Part shown: piece after piece, positions 13,001 to 26,910 of the stretch
Position numbering within the stretch: the stretch's first letter is position 1
Layout: each line of letters opens with the position of its first letter
NCBI GenBank assembly: GCA_964016885.1
Contig: OZ024742.1
Coordinates: forward strand, 207,080,001 to 207,144,000
Length of the DNA stretch: 64,000 nucleotides
Direction of reading: 5' to 3'
Source of the DNA: Eledone cirrhosa
Taxonomy: Eukaryota
The notes under the pieces: generated by a model
The model's database searches: none
What the model was told of the DNA's origin: nothing
The model's input: only the letters and a program-made list of their open reading frames with translations
Program-made: the position numbers and the translations under genes

Positions 13001-14228
13001 CACATTGGCACATTCGGGAAATCCAATCGGTACCTGTCAGACAGTTCAAAACGCCTGAGCAGGTTGGTGAGACTCTTGTACCCTCCTCCCCTATCCGCTT
13101 ATCCCACACAGTCCCAGCGTGCATCTAAGATCCCGTTCCAGTCACGCACTAACACTAAAGAGCGGGACGTTCTAAGAAAGGTCTCCAGACGCCGGAAGAA
13201 ATCAGACCGCCCTGCTCCTGTCGGGGCATAGACGGCCACTAGCCTGAAAGCTTGCCCGTCTCCGCTGGTCACGTCCAGCACCACCAACTTACCCTCTGGG
13301 TCCAGGAAGATGGCTCGTATGGCGAGATCCAAACCTCTCCGAAAAAGCACAGCAACTCCTCCACCCGATCCAGGACGGCTGGGAGATGCGTACACATCGT
13401 AGCCGCCGAAGATCGGTGCGAAGGCCCGTGCTTCGGAGATTCTGGTCTCGCTTATGGCCACTACATCTATGTTTAGTGACCTGAGGTCGTTGAGCAGGTG
13501 ACCCTGATTCCATGACGACTCCAAGCTGACCCTGTACACAGGTTTCTTTACCATTTTTTTGCTTCTTCTAATACCACCTGAGTTACCTGGAATGCTTCGC
13601 ACTTTTTTGCTACTCTGGCAAAAGACAGGGTTGTTTTCTTAATTTCATTGTTGCTGTTGTTGTTATCGTTACTTTTGTTATTGTTAATTTTAGTTTCAGT
13701 TGTGGTGGTGGTGGCGTCAATGGTGTTCGGTGTGGAAGAGTTCATTTTGGCTGAATTCGTTTCGATATCACGAGATAATTTATTTTTTTCTTTTGTTTCT
13801 GTCGTCGCTATGGTGGGGGTGGGGGTGGCGGCTTCAACACCTGCAGTCATTGGTAATGGCAGGTAATGACTGTCTGCCTGAGACAAATTAAAAATATTGC
13901 TTCTGCTTATATTTTTAGTGTTGGCAAACGTAGTGATATTTACAATGGTGGTGTCCATGTGAGGTGTTAGTTTGTGAGGAAAGCTCTCAGCTACTGGGTT
14001 CAGCTGTGAGTCGGCCATGGTTTTTCAAAGAAATTTTTTTTTATAATTATAAAAGTTTAAATTTTGGGCTCAAGGTCCCTATCTTTTTCAGTGTCTTTTT
14101 CAGAAAACAATGTGTGTGTATTTATATACATTTAACAATAACAAATTTCAATAATGGCAATTTTAAACAACTGAAAATAAGAAACCTTTGCGGAGCTCAC
14201 GATAATACGATTTACTACGTAGGTCGCC
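10052..14228 (-). mobile_element. Tx1/L1-clade non-LTR retrotransposon, near full-length ORF2 (decayed), ORF1 mostly deleted
   Basis: APE (13099-13602: DVVAISETR, GGGVAVL, LVAVYAP, DWN); GTGYWKLN; RT (11726-12346: GLDGLPYE, NFRPITLLN, DQSKDFDRVDH, SVRQGC); GGLG; C-terminal CPRC..ETILHALIHC; both ends abut (ATT)n. Confidence 0.9.
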
Positions 14229-14280
<52 letters not shown>

Positions 14281-16090
14281 CTTTTTTTTTTTATTAACCA
14301 CACGGGTCTACATAAAGTAGACATTAAGGACAGTACAGGACAATACAGGGCGCTACAAATGGGCATTTCTGCGTGTAAAACACATTTATTGGCCACAAGG
14401 GCCGACATATAGGGGACAATACAAAAGACTGGGACAGTGGGGGTTTACATATACATATACAATGTGTAAACAATATAAATAACAATAACAAAGTAACAAG
14501 ACGGCACAGAACAGTACAGGATAATACAAAGTGGGTTTTGGCCGTGTAAAAAAGGTTATAACAAGAAGATAGAAGTATCAACAAATTCAAAGAACAAAAA
14601 TTCCCCAATAGGTGGAAAACTTCGAAGGATCACTCGTGGCGAAAACCACACAAAAGACACGGCCACCCTGACCACCAGGGCAAGCACCCTCTCTCAGATT
14701 TCCCACTCCTCAGTGTATAGGCGCATACTCAGAGCGGGCTCATTCACTCGGACTAGACTCGCCACTTTCACCCACCTTTCAATAAACTTAGTAGAAGACA
14801 GCACTTGCCTCTCCACCCTGATTTTCCTCTTCAAGGGAAACTTGATAAAGTTAATCAGGGAGTGGCCGGAGAGGAAAGTCTCCGTCTTCAACCCTTTCAA
14901 CCATGTCCACCACACAATCTCTTTCGCCATGGCCACCAGGCAGATGAAAACTGCCTGCCCTTCCTCCACCTTAAAGGAGGACGGCGGGGCTATCTGCACA
15001 ATGGACTCAGTCGATAACCGGATCCGTCCTACATGTGACAGCAAATGTTCGACATAGCTCCACAAGTCAGCAATGCTCGGACATAGAACGAGTGCGTGCA
15101 CAATGGTTTCGTCGCTCTGTGCGCATCTCGGGCAGGTTCGGCTGACTGCATTTCCGTGCCTGTAGAGCTTATCTCGAACCGGCAATGCTCGCCGGTAGCA
15201 CTGAATGGCCAGGGACTGTCCATGGACCCCGGGCTGAAAGTTCTCTTGAAGAGAGCGAACAGCTGATCGTCTTCGACGCCCATGGTCTCCCAGAGCACAT
15301 CGTCCCTCTTCCCCTCCACTAGTGCTCTATAGAACGCCGAGGTGGATGTTCCACCGATACTAGCGCCCAGCTGGTAGAAGGCTGGAGATGTTCCAGCTTC
15401 CAATCGCTATCAAGGCACAACGGTTAGGCGGTAGCAGATGACGGATATGATGAACGCATTCAACACCTCTGCCCGACCTTTCAGGGTCAGCTTCCTCTCG
15501 GCCCATTTCTGGGTGAGAGAAACCACCCTGCTCGTCACCTCGCTCCAGTTTTTCTCTATCTGGAGGTCCGGACCGAACCAGCCTCCGAGCAATTTAACTG
15601 GTCCTTCCAGTGCCCCACGCTGTTGTCGGGAGCCATAAACTTGCCTCCCCATGAGACGAGCTGCAAGCCCACCGACTTTTCCTGGTTTAACTTTGCTCCT
15701 GTCACAGTTTTATATTCCTTGAGAGCAGTGCCGAGCATCTGGACATGTCCGGTGCTTGACACCACCACGATGGCGTCGTCGGCACAAGCCAATACGGATC
15801 TCCCACATCCCACTTCTCGTGGGATGTCTCTCATCGCCTCCAATTTGTGCAGTAACGGATTGAGGGCCAATACGTACAATAGTGACGAGAGGGGACAACC
15901 CTGCCGGACTGAGCGCATGATGCTGAACGGCTGTGACAGGTGACCGTTCACCTTCACATCTGAGCAGATGTCGTTGTGCAACGCAGCGATCCAACCCCTG
16001 AAAATGAGCCCGAAACCAGCCGTCTCGAGGACCGCTGCCAGGTACCAATGGTTGACCCTATCAAATGCTTTAGATTGATCTCAGTTGATT
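14281..16090 (-). mobile_element. second Tx1/L1-clade copy, 5'-truncated
   Basis: SVRQGCPLS, ACADD, CPRC..ETIVHALVLC; 3' UTR shares ACATAAAGTAGACATTAAGGACAGTACAGG with first copy; AATAAA-A-rich end. Confidence 0.88.
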
Positions 16091-16235
16091 TTCCTTTTCA
16101 AATGAAATTTAAAAAAAGTTAATCAGGGCATCACCGAAGAGAAAGTGCTCGTTTTCAGCCCTTTTGAATGTGTCCACTACACGATCTCTTTCGACACCAA
16201 AACTGCGTGCCCTTATCATTATTATTAATATTAAA

Positions 16236-16812
16236 AGGGCGGTGGATTAGCAGTATCGGTAGAGGGTTGGACGCCATGCTTTCCAGCATAGTTACGTCCC
16301 TTTACGATCTGAGTTCAAATCCCGCCGAGGTTGACTTTGCCTTTCATCCTCCCGGGGTAAATAAAGTACCAGTAATGCACTGGGTAATTACTGGCCTTGT
16401 GTCAAAAGTAGAAACAATTATTATTACTATTAATGGATTGGCAGTATCGGTAGAGGGTCGGACGCCATGCTTTGACGCATAGAGTTTCGGCCCTTGCCAT
16501 TATGAGTTCAAATCCCGCCGAGGTCAACTTTGCCTTTCATCCTTACGGGGTCGATAAAATAAAATACCAGTAATGTACTGGGTAATTGCTGGCCTTGTGC
16601 CAAAAGTAGAAACAATTATTATTAAATAAAGGGCGGTGAATTGGCAGTATAGGTGGAGGGTCGGACATGCTTTCCAGCATAGTTACGTCCCTTTACGATC
16701 TGAGTTCAAATCCGTCCGAGGTTAACTTTGCCTTTCCTCCATACGGGGTCGATAAAATAAAGTACCAGTAATGTACTGGGTAATTGCTGGCCTTGTGCCA
16801 AAAATAGAAACA
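16236..16812 (+). mobile_element. head-to-tail trimer of SINE family A
   Basis: copies ~16236-16420, 16433-16613, 16631-16811; third has TSD AATTATTATTAAATAAA overlapping the second's tail. Confidence 0.9.
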
Positions 16813-17031
16813 ATTATTATTAAATAAATATTATTATTTATGATTAGGTTCTGTTCTGTTAATTTATTTATTTTTTTTGTGCAGAATTTCTTCCCAAAGT
16901 AAAATATTTGTGAATGACGCAAGTGTGAAAATAAAAGAACTGAAATGACATTATCATTTTAATGTGCATAATGGTGATTTTAAAGATTTCTAGGGTGGGT
17001 CAAACTGACTTGCTGTCTCAACACTATTATT

Positions 17032-17218
17032 TGGATTGGCAGTTTCGGTAGAGGGTCGGACGCCACGCTTTGACGCATAGAGTTACGGCCCTTGCCATTA
17101 TGAGTTCAAATCCTGCCGAGCTTAACTTTGCCTTTCATCCTTATGGGGTCGATAAAATAAAGTACCAGTAATGCACTGGGTAATTGCTGGCCTTGTGCCA
17201 AAAGTAGAGACAATTATT
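17032..17218 (+). mobile_element. SINE family A
   Basis: A/B boxes and core motif. Confidence 0.9.
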
Positions 17219-19332
17219 TACAAAAGGTAATGCAATCATCAAGTAACGATTGTGCATCACAACACTTCTCACAAGGAAGAAAACTTTTCCCCAGATCATT
17301 CTTCTTATCAACACCATAGTGAAATTATTCCTTTTCTTATAATTTAGGCTATTCCATCTTTTAGAATCTTTTGTGGAATACCTTTATATTATTTCTGACT
17401 TTAATAAACAAAGAAAATCACAGCATGCCATGCAAATGGTTCATGGTTTCAGCTGAGAAAATAGTAAATGCATTACCCCAGAGGATGGTAATGGAGATGC
17501 ATTGAAAGCCAATCCACCTCGTGAGACTCGTTCAAAATATATTTTAGTTCCCCCAAAATGTTAATTATCTATTAGGTTACAGGAAATATTTTTTGTCTTT
17601 GTTTCTTGCCATCTATATTTTGGTCAGGAGCATGACATGGTCACCTGACCTAGCATTGCCTACAATAGGACAACTCGTCTAACCCATGCTAGTGTGGAAG
17701 AATGTTAATGATGATGGTGATGGTGATTTTGTTACTTTTCCAAAATCATCAAACGCTCAACTCAAAATGTGCATGCACTCTTCACAGCACCACAAGGAAC
17801 ACTTACAAGTGGTTGCTGAACTTTCGAGAATTAACAGTCAAATCTACTAATTGATAAAGATTAAGTGTTTGCACATGTTTATATGTATTTGTATGTATAA
17901 TTGTGACCACTTTGTGAGGTACATATGTGTTTCTGGAGGTGCAGATATGTGCATTTAGTTGTCTATGAAGTCTTATATGTGCTTGTTTTTTTTTCTGTGT
18001 ATATCATATCACTAATTGTGAAACAGTTTGTGTGTGAGTTTGTGTAAGTGTATGCCTGTTAATTGATATATATTTTGAACTTTATAAAAACTATCTATAA
18101 GTCATACATATGTTCTTTTATTAAAGAAGTATGAACTTTAGGAGTAGAACTGTTTTAATTACAAATCCTATCTCATTTGATCTTTAACCTGGATGAGATG
18201 CAATATGTATTACGGACAAAATTAGGTTTCATATCACATACTAGAAATCTTATTTGAGATAGATTGACATGTTATCCATGGACATTAAGGGGATAATGAG
18301 AGAGTGCATGTGAGAAAAGTGAGAAGAAAATATGAGAGAATGAGAGAAAATAAAAGAATGAGAGTTAAAAGTAATCCATTGATACTCATGCTTTTCATTC
18401 TTTCTTTCATCTCACCTTATATCTCTAGCAGGTATTATAATTTGAGATTTTGTCTCCTTGCCCTAAACTCCACTCAGATAATCAACAGGTAACCTGTCAG
18501 TAGTATTAACAAAACCAACATCAACACCACCAATAATGCCACCATCACCACCAAGCTAACCTTCTTTCATTTGAGTGGGGTTTAGGGAATCATAAGGGTT
18601 GGTGGGGTGGGGTTTAAGCAAGAAAATCATGCGTGTGTGTGTGTGCATCCAGAAGTTTCCCTTTGAGAATAATTCTGGCTATTAAGGAAACAGAACAAAT
18701 GTAGACAGTGGAAAGTGAGAGAGGAAGAAATGAAGGTACTGCCTAATAAACTGACAAAATAGGATAGAGAAATATGGTAAGGTGGGGTGGTGGTTGATAG
18801 TACTGGAGGGCATGATGTCTTGAACAGTAATAAAACTGGTCAATAGTTGATGGATAGAGAGAGGGAAATGAGAGGTGACTTATGGTGCTAAGATATAGGT
18901 GGAGTGGAGATCCTGTAAAATATAAGGTGGCTTTGTAAGGGTGCGGCAAGGTAAATAGTAGGTTTATGAGTTGAAATAGGGTAGATGGAAGCTGGTTTCA
19001 AAACTGATCGATAATGTAGGAGAGAGAGAGAGAGAGGGATGAGGGGGTAAAGAGAAAGTGAGATAAAGAGAAAGAGTGAGAAATATCAAATAGATAAATA
19101 AATGAAATTAAAAATTATTTCAAAGAATGTTTTAAAAAAAGTAAAGATCAATAGAAGAATATGTAATATATAAATCGATAAACTATACTTACTTTACAGT
19201 TAGGAATAACCAATAACAATGATATTGTCCTTATTGATTTTTTATTCACCCTTTGCACCATCAGTAGCTTAGCTTGTCTTTCCTTTCCTTTGAATATATA
19301 TATATATACATATATATATATATTATTATTAT

Positions 19333-19514
19333 TGGTGGATTGGCAGTATCGGTAGAGGGTCGGACACCATGCTTTGACGTACGGCCCTTGCCATTCTGTG
19401 TTCAAATCTCGCCGAGGTTAACTTTACCTTTCATCCTTACGGGGTCGATAAAATAAAGTACCAGTAATGTACTAGGCTATTGCTGGCCTTATGCCAATAG
19501 TAGAAACAATTATT
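19333..19514 (+). mobile_element. SINE family A
   Basis: A/B boxes and core; preceded by (ATT)n. Confidence 0.9.
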
Positions 19515-19522
19515 ATATATAT

Positions 19523-19588
<66 letters not shown>

Positions 19589-19597
19589 ATGTATGTA

Positions 19598-21587
19598 TCA
19601 TCATCATCATCGTTTAACGTCTATCTTGGGTTTAGACGGGAATTGTCCCACTTGAGGCAAGATTCGTTGTCTTGCTCGTATAGGACTGTCTGGCAGGTTT
19701 TCTACGATTGGATGCCCTTCCTAACACCAACCACGTTTACAGTGTGGACTGGGAGGTTTTTACCGTGTTACCTACACGGCCACATTACAGCGTGGACTGT
19801 GTGTTTTTTTGTCGTGACACCTACACGACCTCATTTACTTAGAACTGGATGTTGTGGTACTAACATAACTTTACAGAGAAAAGGTTGGTGTAGATGGGGG
19901 TGGGGTAGGAGTAGTGGGATGGGGGTGTATTTTTGGTTAAGAGTTGCCCACTGACTGTAGGTTTCGCTTTGTATTTAGACAACTCTGCCTACTATTCTGT
20001 ATTACTGCGTAGCGCCAGAGATCTCTGTCCAGTGACATTGTCTTGGAGAGGTGTAAGTGTGTAAGGTCAGAATTTATCAAATCGTCCCAGGTTTTTCTGG
20101 GTCTGCCTACTCTGTAGCTTTCATCTATTTTGATCGCCCTGTACTTTTTTATACAGCTGTCGCCTTTCATGTGCATCACGTGACCATACCAAAGTAGTCT
20201 TCTCTCGAGTAAACAGCATCTGATCCCTCTTATTCCTAATTTCTCACTTAGTTCATTTATGCTTTGCCGTTCACGTATATTACTATTACACATCCAACGG
20301 AGCATGCAAGCTTCGTTTCTCTCCAGTCTGCGTATATCCTCTGCACACAATGCCCATATCTAACTGCCATGTAACATTGCTGTTCGTATGCAGGCATCAT
20401 ACAGTCTGCCTTTCATTTTTAGAGAGAAACCTTTAGCGGCCAATAGTGGTATAAGCTCTCTGAACTTTTTCCATCCCGTTCTGACTCTAGCTACTGTACT
20501 TTCAGAGCACCCTCCACCACTGCTGATTTTGTCACCCAGGTAACGGAAGGTGTCTACTATTTCTATAGAACCAACTGGGCAATGGAATGAGCTAGTATCC
20601 TGTGGACACTTGCTACTACATATTGCACCTGAGCACCGGCCACATATAAAATCTATGTTCTTAGTTAGCCTACCTGTGATCCCACTACATCTTTTATGCA
20701 CCCATACTTTGCATTTGGGATATAAAATGGAGTTTCTGCCTACTCATTTCCTACACACTGAGCATAGCCATTTCCGAGAGGGGACCAGTGCACTATTTTC
20801 CTTCCTACATACTAGAACTTTAGTCTTAGACAAGTTAATTTTCAGGCCTTTTGATTCTAGGCCATGCTTCCATGTTCGGAATTTCTTCTCTAGTTCAGCC
20901 ATTGATTCGGCTATGAGCGTTAGATCATCTGCGTATGGAAGTTCCCATGGGCAGCCGGTCTTGAACACTGTTATAGCCTGAAGGGCAATAATAAATAGGA
21001 GGGGGCTAAGGACAGAGCCCTCATGAACACCAACTTTCACGCTAAATTTTTCACTATATTCGTTGTTAATTCTAACTTTGCTGACTGTTTCTTTATACAT
21101 GGCTTGTATAGCACGCACAAGTCATTCATCAACGCCTAGTTTTCTAAGAGCCCACCAGATAATGGAGCGAGGGACTTTATCAAAGGCTTTCTCCAAGTCA
21201 ACAAAAGCTAAGTATAGGGGTTTACTTTTAGCTAGGTACTTCTCCTGTAGTTGTCATACACGGAAAAGAGCGTCTGTGGTACTTTTACTTGACACAAACC
21301 CAAACTTCATTTCATCTTGCTCAATTCGCTCTCTGATTAGTTGCGCTATAACTTTTTCTGTGACCTTCATGACCTGGTCAATAAATTTAATGCCTCTATA
21401 GTTTCCCCTATCTAGGGCATCTCCTTTACCCTTGTAGCAGTTAATGATGATGCCAGTCACTTGGTATAGCCCCATTCTGTATGACTTGGTTTACTATCCG
21501 GGTGACCATAGTGTGTCTCACCATTCCAGATGCTTTCAGCATTTCAGCAACTATCTCCGAAAGCCAAGCCGCCTTGCCTGTCTTCAT
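19598..21587 (-). mobile_element. RTE-clade LINE (RT, Cys-rich insert, 3' UTR, (GAT)n tail), decayed
   Basis: NYRGIK, GVHEGSVLSPLLF, YADDL, CSVC..HKRC, FRYLG, LLWYGHV, GRPRKTW. Confidence 0.9.
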
Positions 21588-21618
21588 ATATATATATATA
21601 TGTATGTATGTATATATG

Positions 21619-21654
<36 letters not shown>

Positions 21655-21975
21655 TTCTTCAGTCGCGTTTACACTCGCAACGATTCAGCACGCTTTCTCC
21701 AATCATTCCGGTCGAGCATGACATTTCTCAGCTCATCGATGTTATCAATATTGGCATCTCTCAGCAGGGTATCAATGAACGCTTATTCGTCCGACAGCCG
21801 GTTTCCAGAGCACAAGTTGTGATGCTATCTCTTCTGGATGACGGATGCAGTGCCCATCGGTTCCATTCGTCTGCAGGCAACTTCTTTTGAGACTGGTGGT
21901 AGTGATCTGCATAGTTCCTTATTTGTCAGCTTCTGTTTCCAAGATATGTTGTGAGCCATTCTCAACATCCGTGTT
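21655..21975 (-). mobile_element. RTE-type LINE 3' fragment (different family)
   Basis: minus frame AFIDTLLRDANIDNIDELRNVMLDRNDWR, ending in (GAA)n. Confidence 0.5.
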
Positions 21976-22263
21976 TAACACACACACACACATATATATA
22001 TGTTTATATATATATATATATCTTCTCTAACACCTTTTTTGCTTGCTATCTTTTGCAAATGTATTACCTTAAAGAATATCGTTTATATAATATGCTCAAT
22101 ATTTCACTCTTCACCATTGCTCCTTATACTGTGATATCTGTAACATAACATCTTTTTGTAACTCCTGCTTTTCAATATGATGTCACTGACTCTGTCAATA
22201 GTTATGTATCTTTATCAATGTTCTGAAGACTAGGATTATAATTACTTGTTTAAACATTGTGTA

Positions 22264-22310
22264 TGCTCCGATCATCCCAGACATCTATCTGGAAGAAACA
22301 ATTGTCAGCA
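22264..22310 (+). ncRNA. decayed type I hammerhead
   Basis: TGCT-CCGATCA-TCCCAGA-CATCTA-TCTGGAA-GAAA-CAATTG-TC-AGCA; three stems intact, core has two substitutions. Confidence 0.55.
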
Positions 22311-22349
22311 ATTAAATGTATTAAACTAAAATTTGATTGTTTTATATTT

Positions 22350-22523
<174 letters not shown>

Positions 22524-22849
22524 ATGTGTGTGTGTGTGTGTGTGGGTGGGTGTGTGTGTGGGTGTGTGTGTGTTTGTTTACATGTATATGTCTATAACTG
22601 TATACATACGTATGGTGGCTTCCCCCTCATTATCGAGTATGGCCATTGCACGATATACCATTATTAATAATTATTAATTAATTAATGCAATCGTGCAATG
22701 CCTGTGCATGAAGATGTTTTTTAAAGTGAGGAAAGACTGTGCACTGAGCCAATCCCACTCTCTGAGCGACAGTAGCTATAACCCGAAAAGAAGAAAAGAT
22801 CTACATCATCGGTAACTACCGAGCCGCAGGTTTTATATCGGAGTTATCC

Positions 22850-22975
22850 CAGTTTCCTGAGTTGCCTTCTCCTAGAAGAATGCCCTGACAAAGGCTAGGG
22901 GTCCTTTACTCGCAGTGGTTTAACCACGCGATCCGATGGCCAGCTCGACTATTTCTATGTCCCCAGGCATGTACA
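22850..22975 (-). mobile_element. RTE 5'-UTR-like structured motif
   Basis: TAGCCTTTGTCAGGGCATTCTTCTAGGAGAAGGCAACTC resembles the motif recalled from RTE 5' regions; not verified by search. Confidence 0.35.
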
Positions 22976-23210
22976 TGTGTATATACATATTTACACACTT
23001 TTGGAAGGCTGTTGACTCTTATGAGTTCTTCCGCCCTTTGTCAGATTTTGTTTTTTGTCCTGCAGGGTTTACAAAATCACCCTCCTCACCAAGTAAACTT
23101 GGTGGGCTTGCATTTAAATAAGTGCCGTACTAAGAGTGAGAAATGAAATTTCGTTTCATTCTATTCCATTTATCGTTTTCGGTGTGCCCGGCCGACTGAA
23201 TTCACTCGAT

Positions 23211-23258
23211 ATGCAAATTAGGCTGCTCATCCGTTAATATGCATAAGGAAGGTATATA
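23211..23258 (+). promoter_or_regulatory. putative octamer + TATA promoter upstream of HHR
   Basis: ATGCAAAT 23211-23218, 34 nt, TATATA 23253-23258; same layout at 857-905 and 56642-56690. Confidence 0.5.
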
Positions 23259-23292
23259 CTTTCAGACGTTCAGCCATCTGGCAGGAAGGTAT

Positions 23293-23335
23293 ACGATGCT
23301 GACGATAGTTAATAAGCTTGAAACAAGAACATCGT
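23293..23335 (+). ncRNA. type I hammerhead (stem III/cleavage site mutated)
   Basis: ACGATG-CTGACGA-TAGTTAATAAGCTT-GAAA-CAAG-AA-CATCGT; stem I extends further (GGAA/TTCC, GTTCA/TGAAC). Confidence 0.65.
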
Positions 23336-23574
23336 TCCTGTGTCAGTGTTGAACAAAAAGGTGACGTGGTTCCCTAAACACTGTACGGCGTAATTCGGAC
23401 TGTTTGTTTGTTTACAAACAAACAAACCGAGCATTATAATAAATGTTCGGTAAACCGATACGTGCATATATATATATGTGTGCATGTATGTATATATATA
23501 TATATACATACTACTGTACGTCTGTATACATATATGTATGTAATATATATATATTTATTAAAATAACATATTAA

Positions 23575-23624
23575 AGTTTACGCAAAGATCGCTGCTTTCA
23601 CCCTTAACGGGATCTTCTGAAACT
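23575..23624 (-). ncRNA. hammerhead-like motif with CAGAAGA (U4A) core in inverted pLTR
   Basis: AGTTT-CAGAAGA-TCCC-GTTAA-GGGT-GAAA-GCA-GCGATCTT-TGC-GT-AAACT. Confidence 0.5.
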
Positions 23625-23879
23625 AACAAAGTCAATCTGTGAACGCATAAGTAAATATTTCAAAAAACGTTGCAACCGGAGGAAGACAGAAAGACGATAC
23701 TTTGGTTCGTGGAAACGTTCCCTGGCAAAGAACAGGAACAAACGAATATAATACGTCATTATTTGGAGCGGTGAAAAACAATTACACGCAAAGACAAAAC
23801 CACGTTTATGGTATAAAAGAAGTCGTAGACTAATATTCTATTAGGTGGTTCATAGAGACGTTCTCTGGTAATAAACTGA

Positions 23880-25234
23880 AAAAACAAGGAACATTGCCGT
23901 TTTATCCAATTCGACATCAATAATTACTACTCCTCCATCACTTTACCACTTCTCTTTAGAGCTATCAATTTCGCTAAAACACTCACTGTGGTTAAGGATT
24001 TCGAAGTTGATATCATCCTCAATGCCCGTAAGTCGGTGATTAATTTCGACGATTCTATTTGGATTAAAAAATCTAATAGTACCCCATTCGACGTGAGTAT
24101 AGGCGCCAGCGATTCTGCGGAGGTTACTGATCTTATCGGCTTTTCCTTCTTTTCTCTATCATGGAAGAATTACCCAACGTGGGCGGTGGTTTGTACCGTG
24201 ATGATGGTCTTTTGCCCATGACTAAGTGCGGCCCACGTTCTTGCGACAGGTTCAGAAAAGAACTCACAGCCTTCTTTAAAGACTTCAACCTCTCCATACA
24301 GGTTGAGGCCAACCTCTCGGTCGTTAATTACATCGACGTTACCATCAATTTATCGAATGGCTTGCACTACCGTATAGAAAGCCGAATGATACGCTTAATT
24401 ACATAAGTAAGCATTCCAACCATCCTGCCAGCATAACCAAGAACCTGGTAAGAAACGTTTCTTTGAGGCTTTCCCGTCTATCTACTAACGAGCATATTTT
24501 CAACGACCATTCCACATATTACAATGATGCTCTTGCTCGGAGTGGATTTATCGATAAGGTAGCATATACAGAGTACGAGAATAGACCTAGAAAAAATAGA
24601 ACCCGACGCATTATATGGTATAACCCACCATATAATATGGAGGTGGCCACACGATTAGCTAAGATCTTTCTCTCCCTTATTATGAAGCATTTTCCCCCTA
24701 CACATAAATATAGCAACATTTTTAATAGAAATACTATTAACATTTCTTACTCTACGACTCCTAACCCTGCACATAACATCACAGCTTCAGACTTAGCAAA
24801 ACTACCTAGCCGTAGGAACACGTGCAACCCTGTAGTTAGTACTAACTGTAATTGTAGGAATCGGGTTGACTGCCCCCTATCCGGGAAATGCCTGTTAAGT
24901 AACATTGTCTACAAATGTAAGGTTGTAACACCCACGTCCTGTAGGGCCTACATAGGGATAACCGCCAATAGATTGAAGCAGCGTCTTTACATGCATATCC
25001 ATTCTTTTCGTAACCCTTTAAGATGGAATATGACGTCATTTTCAGCTTATATCTGGAGTCTAAAAGACAACCAAATCCAATATAAGTTACACTGGGAGAT
25101 CCTAGCTAGGGCTATATCGTATAACGGAAATAAAAGACCATGTGACCTTTGCGCCGCTGAGGCCCTGGAAATACTCTACGCCAAAGACCACATCTTAAAC
25201 AAAAGATCTGAGGCAATTTCGGCTTGTAAACATG

Positions 25235-25236
<2 letters not shown>
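23880..25236 (+). mobile_element. Penelope-like element, Naiad-type RT + GIY-YIG (frameshifted)
   Basis: FDVSIGASDSAEVTDLIG, GGLYRDDGL, IIWYNPPY, ISYSTTPN, CNCRNRVDCPLSGKC, IVY..YIG, CDLC..E, LNKRSE..CKH. Confidence 0.9.
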
Positions 25237-25269
<33 letters not shown>

Positions 25270-25284
25270 AAAAAGAGATGAAAT

Positions 25285-25891
25285 CGAGAATGCAACTGAA
25301 GTCTTATTTTTTTTTTAAATATATATATTTATTTGGTTCCTTTACCGGTTTCGCAGTTCTTCTGCTTTTCAAAAGGTGAGTTGAGATGGAGGGTCTGTGG
25401 TTTTTCTCACATCTGGTTGGTCTCTAAATGTTACTTGTTTTATATGGAAAAAGTGGCTCGAAAGCCAGGTTTTTCGAGAAGTAATTTGATTGGTTTGTCA
25501 ATAATTATAATAAATTTCGCGCCAGTTCGCGTTACAATAGTTCTACAAATAAGAGAGGGGGGGGGGGTTGTCACAGGTTGTTTTTTTCATATATGAGTGT
25601 TTGAATTTCTTTTTACTTGAAAAAAGGAGGCTCACGAAGGCTTTTTTGGGGTTGGTTATAAATGAAATTTGGCTGTCACGTGAACAAGTTTTCATTACAT
25701 TTTTGCGCCCTTATTTGGAAAACTATTCTGTAGTCTTTATAGTGAATGTTATGACAATGGAGAGATAGTGGTCAAGGGAAAAGGGATTGGGAGAAATGTT
25801 CTGGTTCAGTGAATATGGCCAGCTGTCAGAGTTCAGGTGTCAGAGTTCAGATTTTCTATTGAGACTGAAGATATGTGTTTATTTGTGTGCT

Positions 25892-25922
<31 letters not shown>

Positions 25923-26535
25923 ATGTGTGTATTGGAAGATGATTCTATTAGTAGAGATGGGGGAGGGAGTTGTGTGTGTGTGTATATGGGTGTTATGTGT
26001 GTGTGTGCGAGTATGTTAAGATGGAGAACATATATATTTTGTGTGTGTGTATATATATATGTGTGTAGGAAAGTGGTTCTATTAGTAGAAATGGGGAGGG
26101 AGTTGTAGGTGTGGGGGTTGTTATGTGTGTGTATGGGTGTTATGTGTGTGGGAGTATGGTTAGCATATTAAGATGAAGAGAATATATATATATATATATA
26201 TATATTCTGTGTGTGTGTATGTGTGTGTGTAGGAAAGTGATTCCTTTAGTAGGAATATTTTTGAATGAACATATTTTCCTGACTTTTTCGTGTTTGCTGT
26301 TGTATTGCCAGTGCAAACGTAATTTAAGGTTTATTTAGTTCGGGTTTTTATTTTCTAAAGTAGAAGGTGTTATGTGTGTGTGTGTATGTCATATTGTGGG
26401 TTTTGTTTTAGTAGTGGGATGTTATTGTGAATAGTGTTGTAAGCTTCCGCATTTCTTGGGTTGTGTGTTGAGATATATGATAGAATATTGGACGTACCTT
26501 GAATTTGTTTCTGTTTCCGTAATTCATCAATGCCT
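25285..26535 (-). mobile_element. internally deleted Neptune-type PLE remnant with 3' HHR
   Basis: minus-frame [26 protein letters not shown] near 26400-26530 resembles the linker at 32340-32474; HHR at 25339. Confidence 0.5.
25339..25376 (-). ncRNA. minimal type I hammerhead ribozyme, U3-A8 core variant
   Basis: CCTT-TTGAAAA-GCAG-AAGAA-CTGC-GAAA-CCGG-TA-AAGG; all stems perfect; palindromic ACCGGT; GUA triplet. Confidence 0.8.
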
Positions 26536-26542
26536 ATTGCTT

Positions 26543-26910
<368 letters not shown>

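Noticed and set aside
16236-16812. CRISPR-like or tRNA-gene array
   Set aside because: The ~190-bp units are SINEs with tRNA-like heads and lack a full cloverleaf; no spacers or cas genes
22217-22310. Large HHR using CTGAAGA at 22223
   Set aside because: The 65-nt stem II does not close; the compact reading with a decayed core at 22268 fits better
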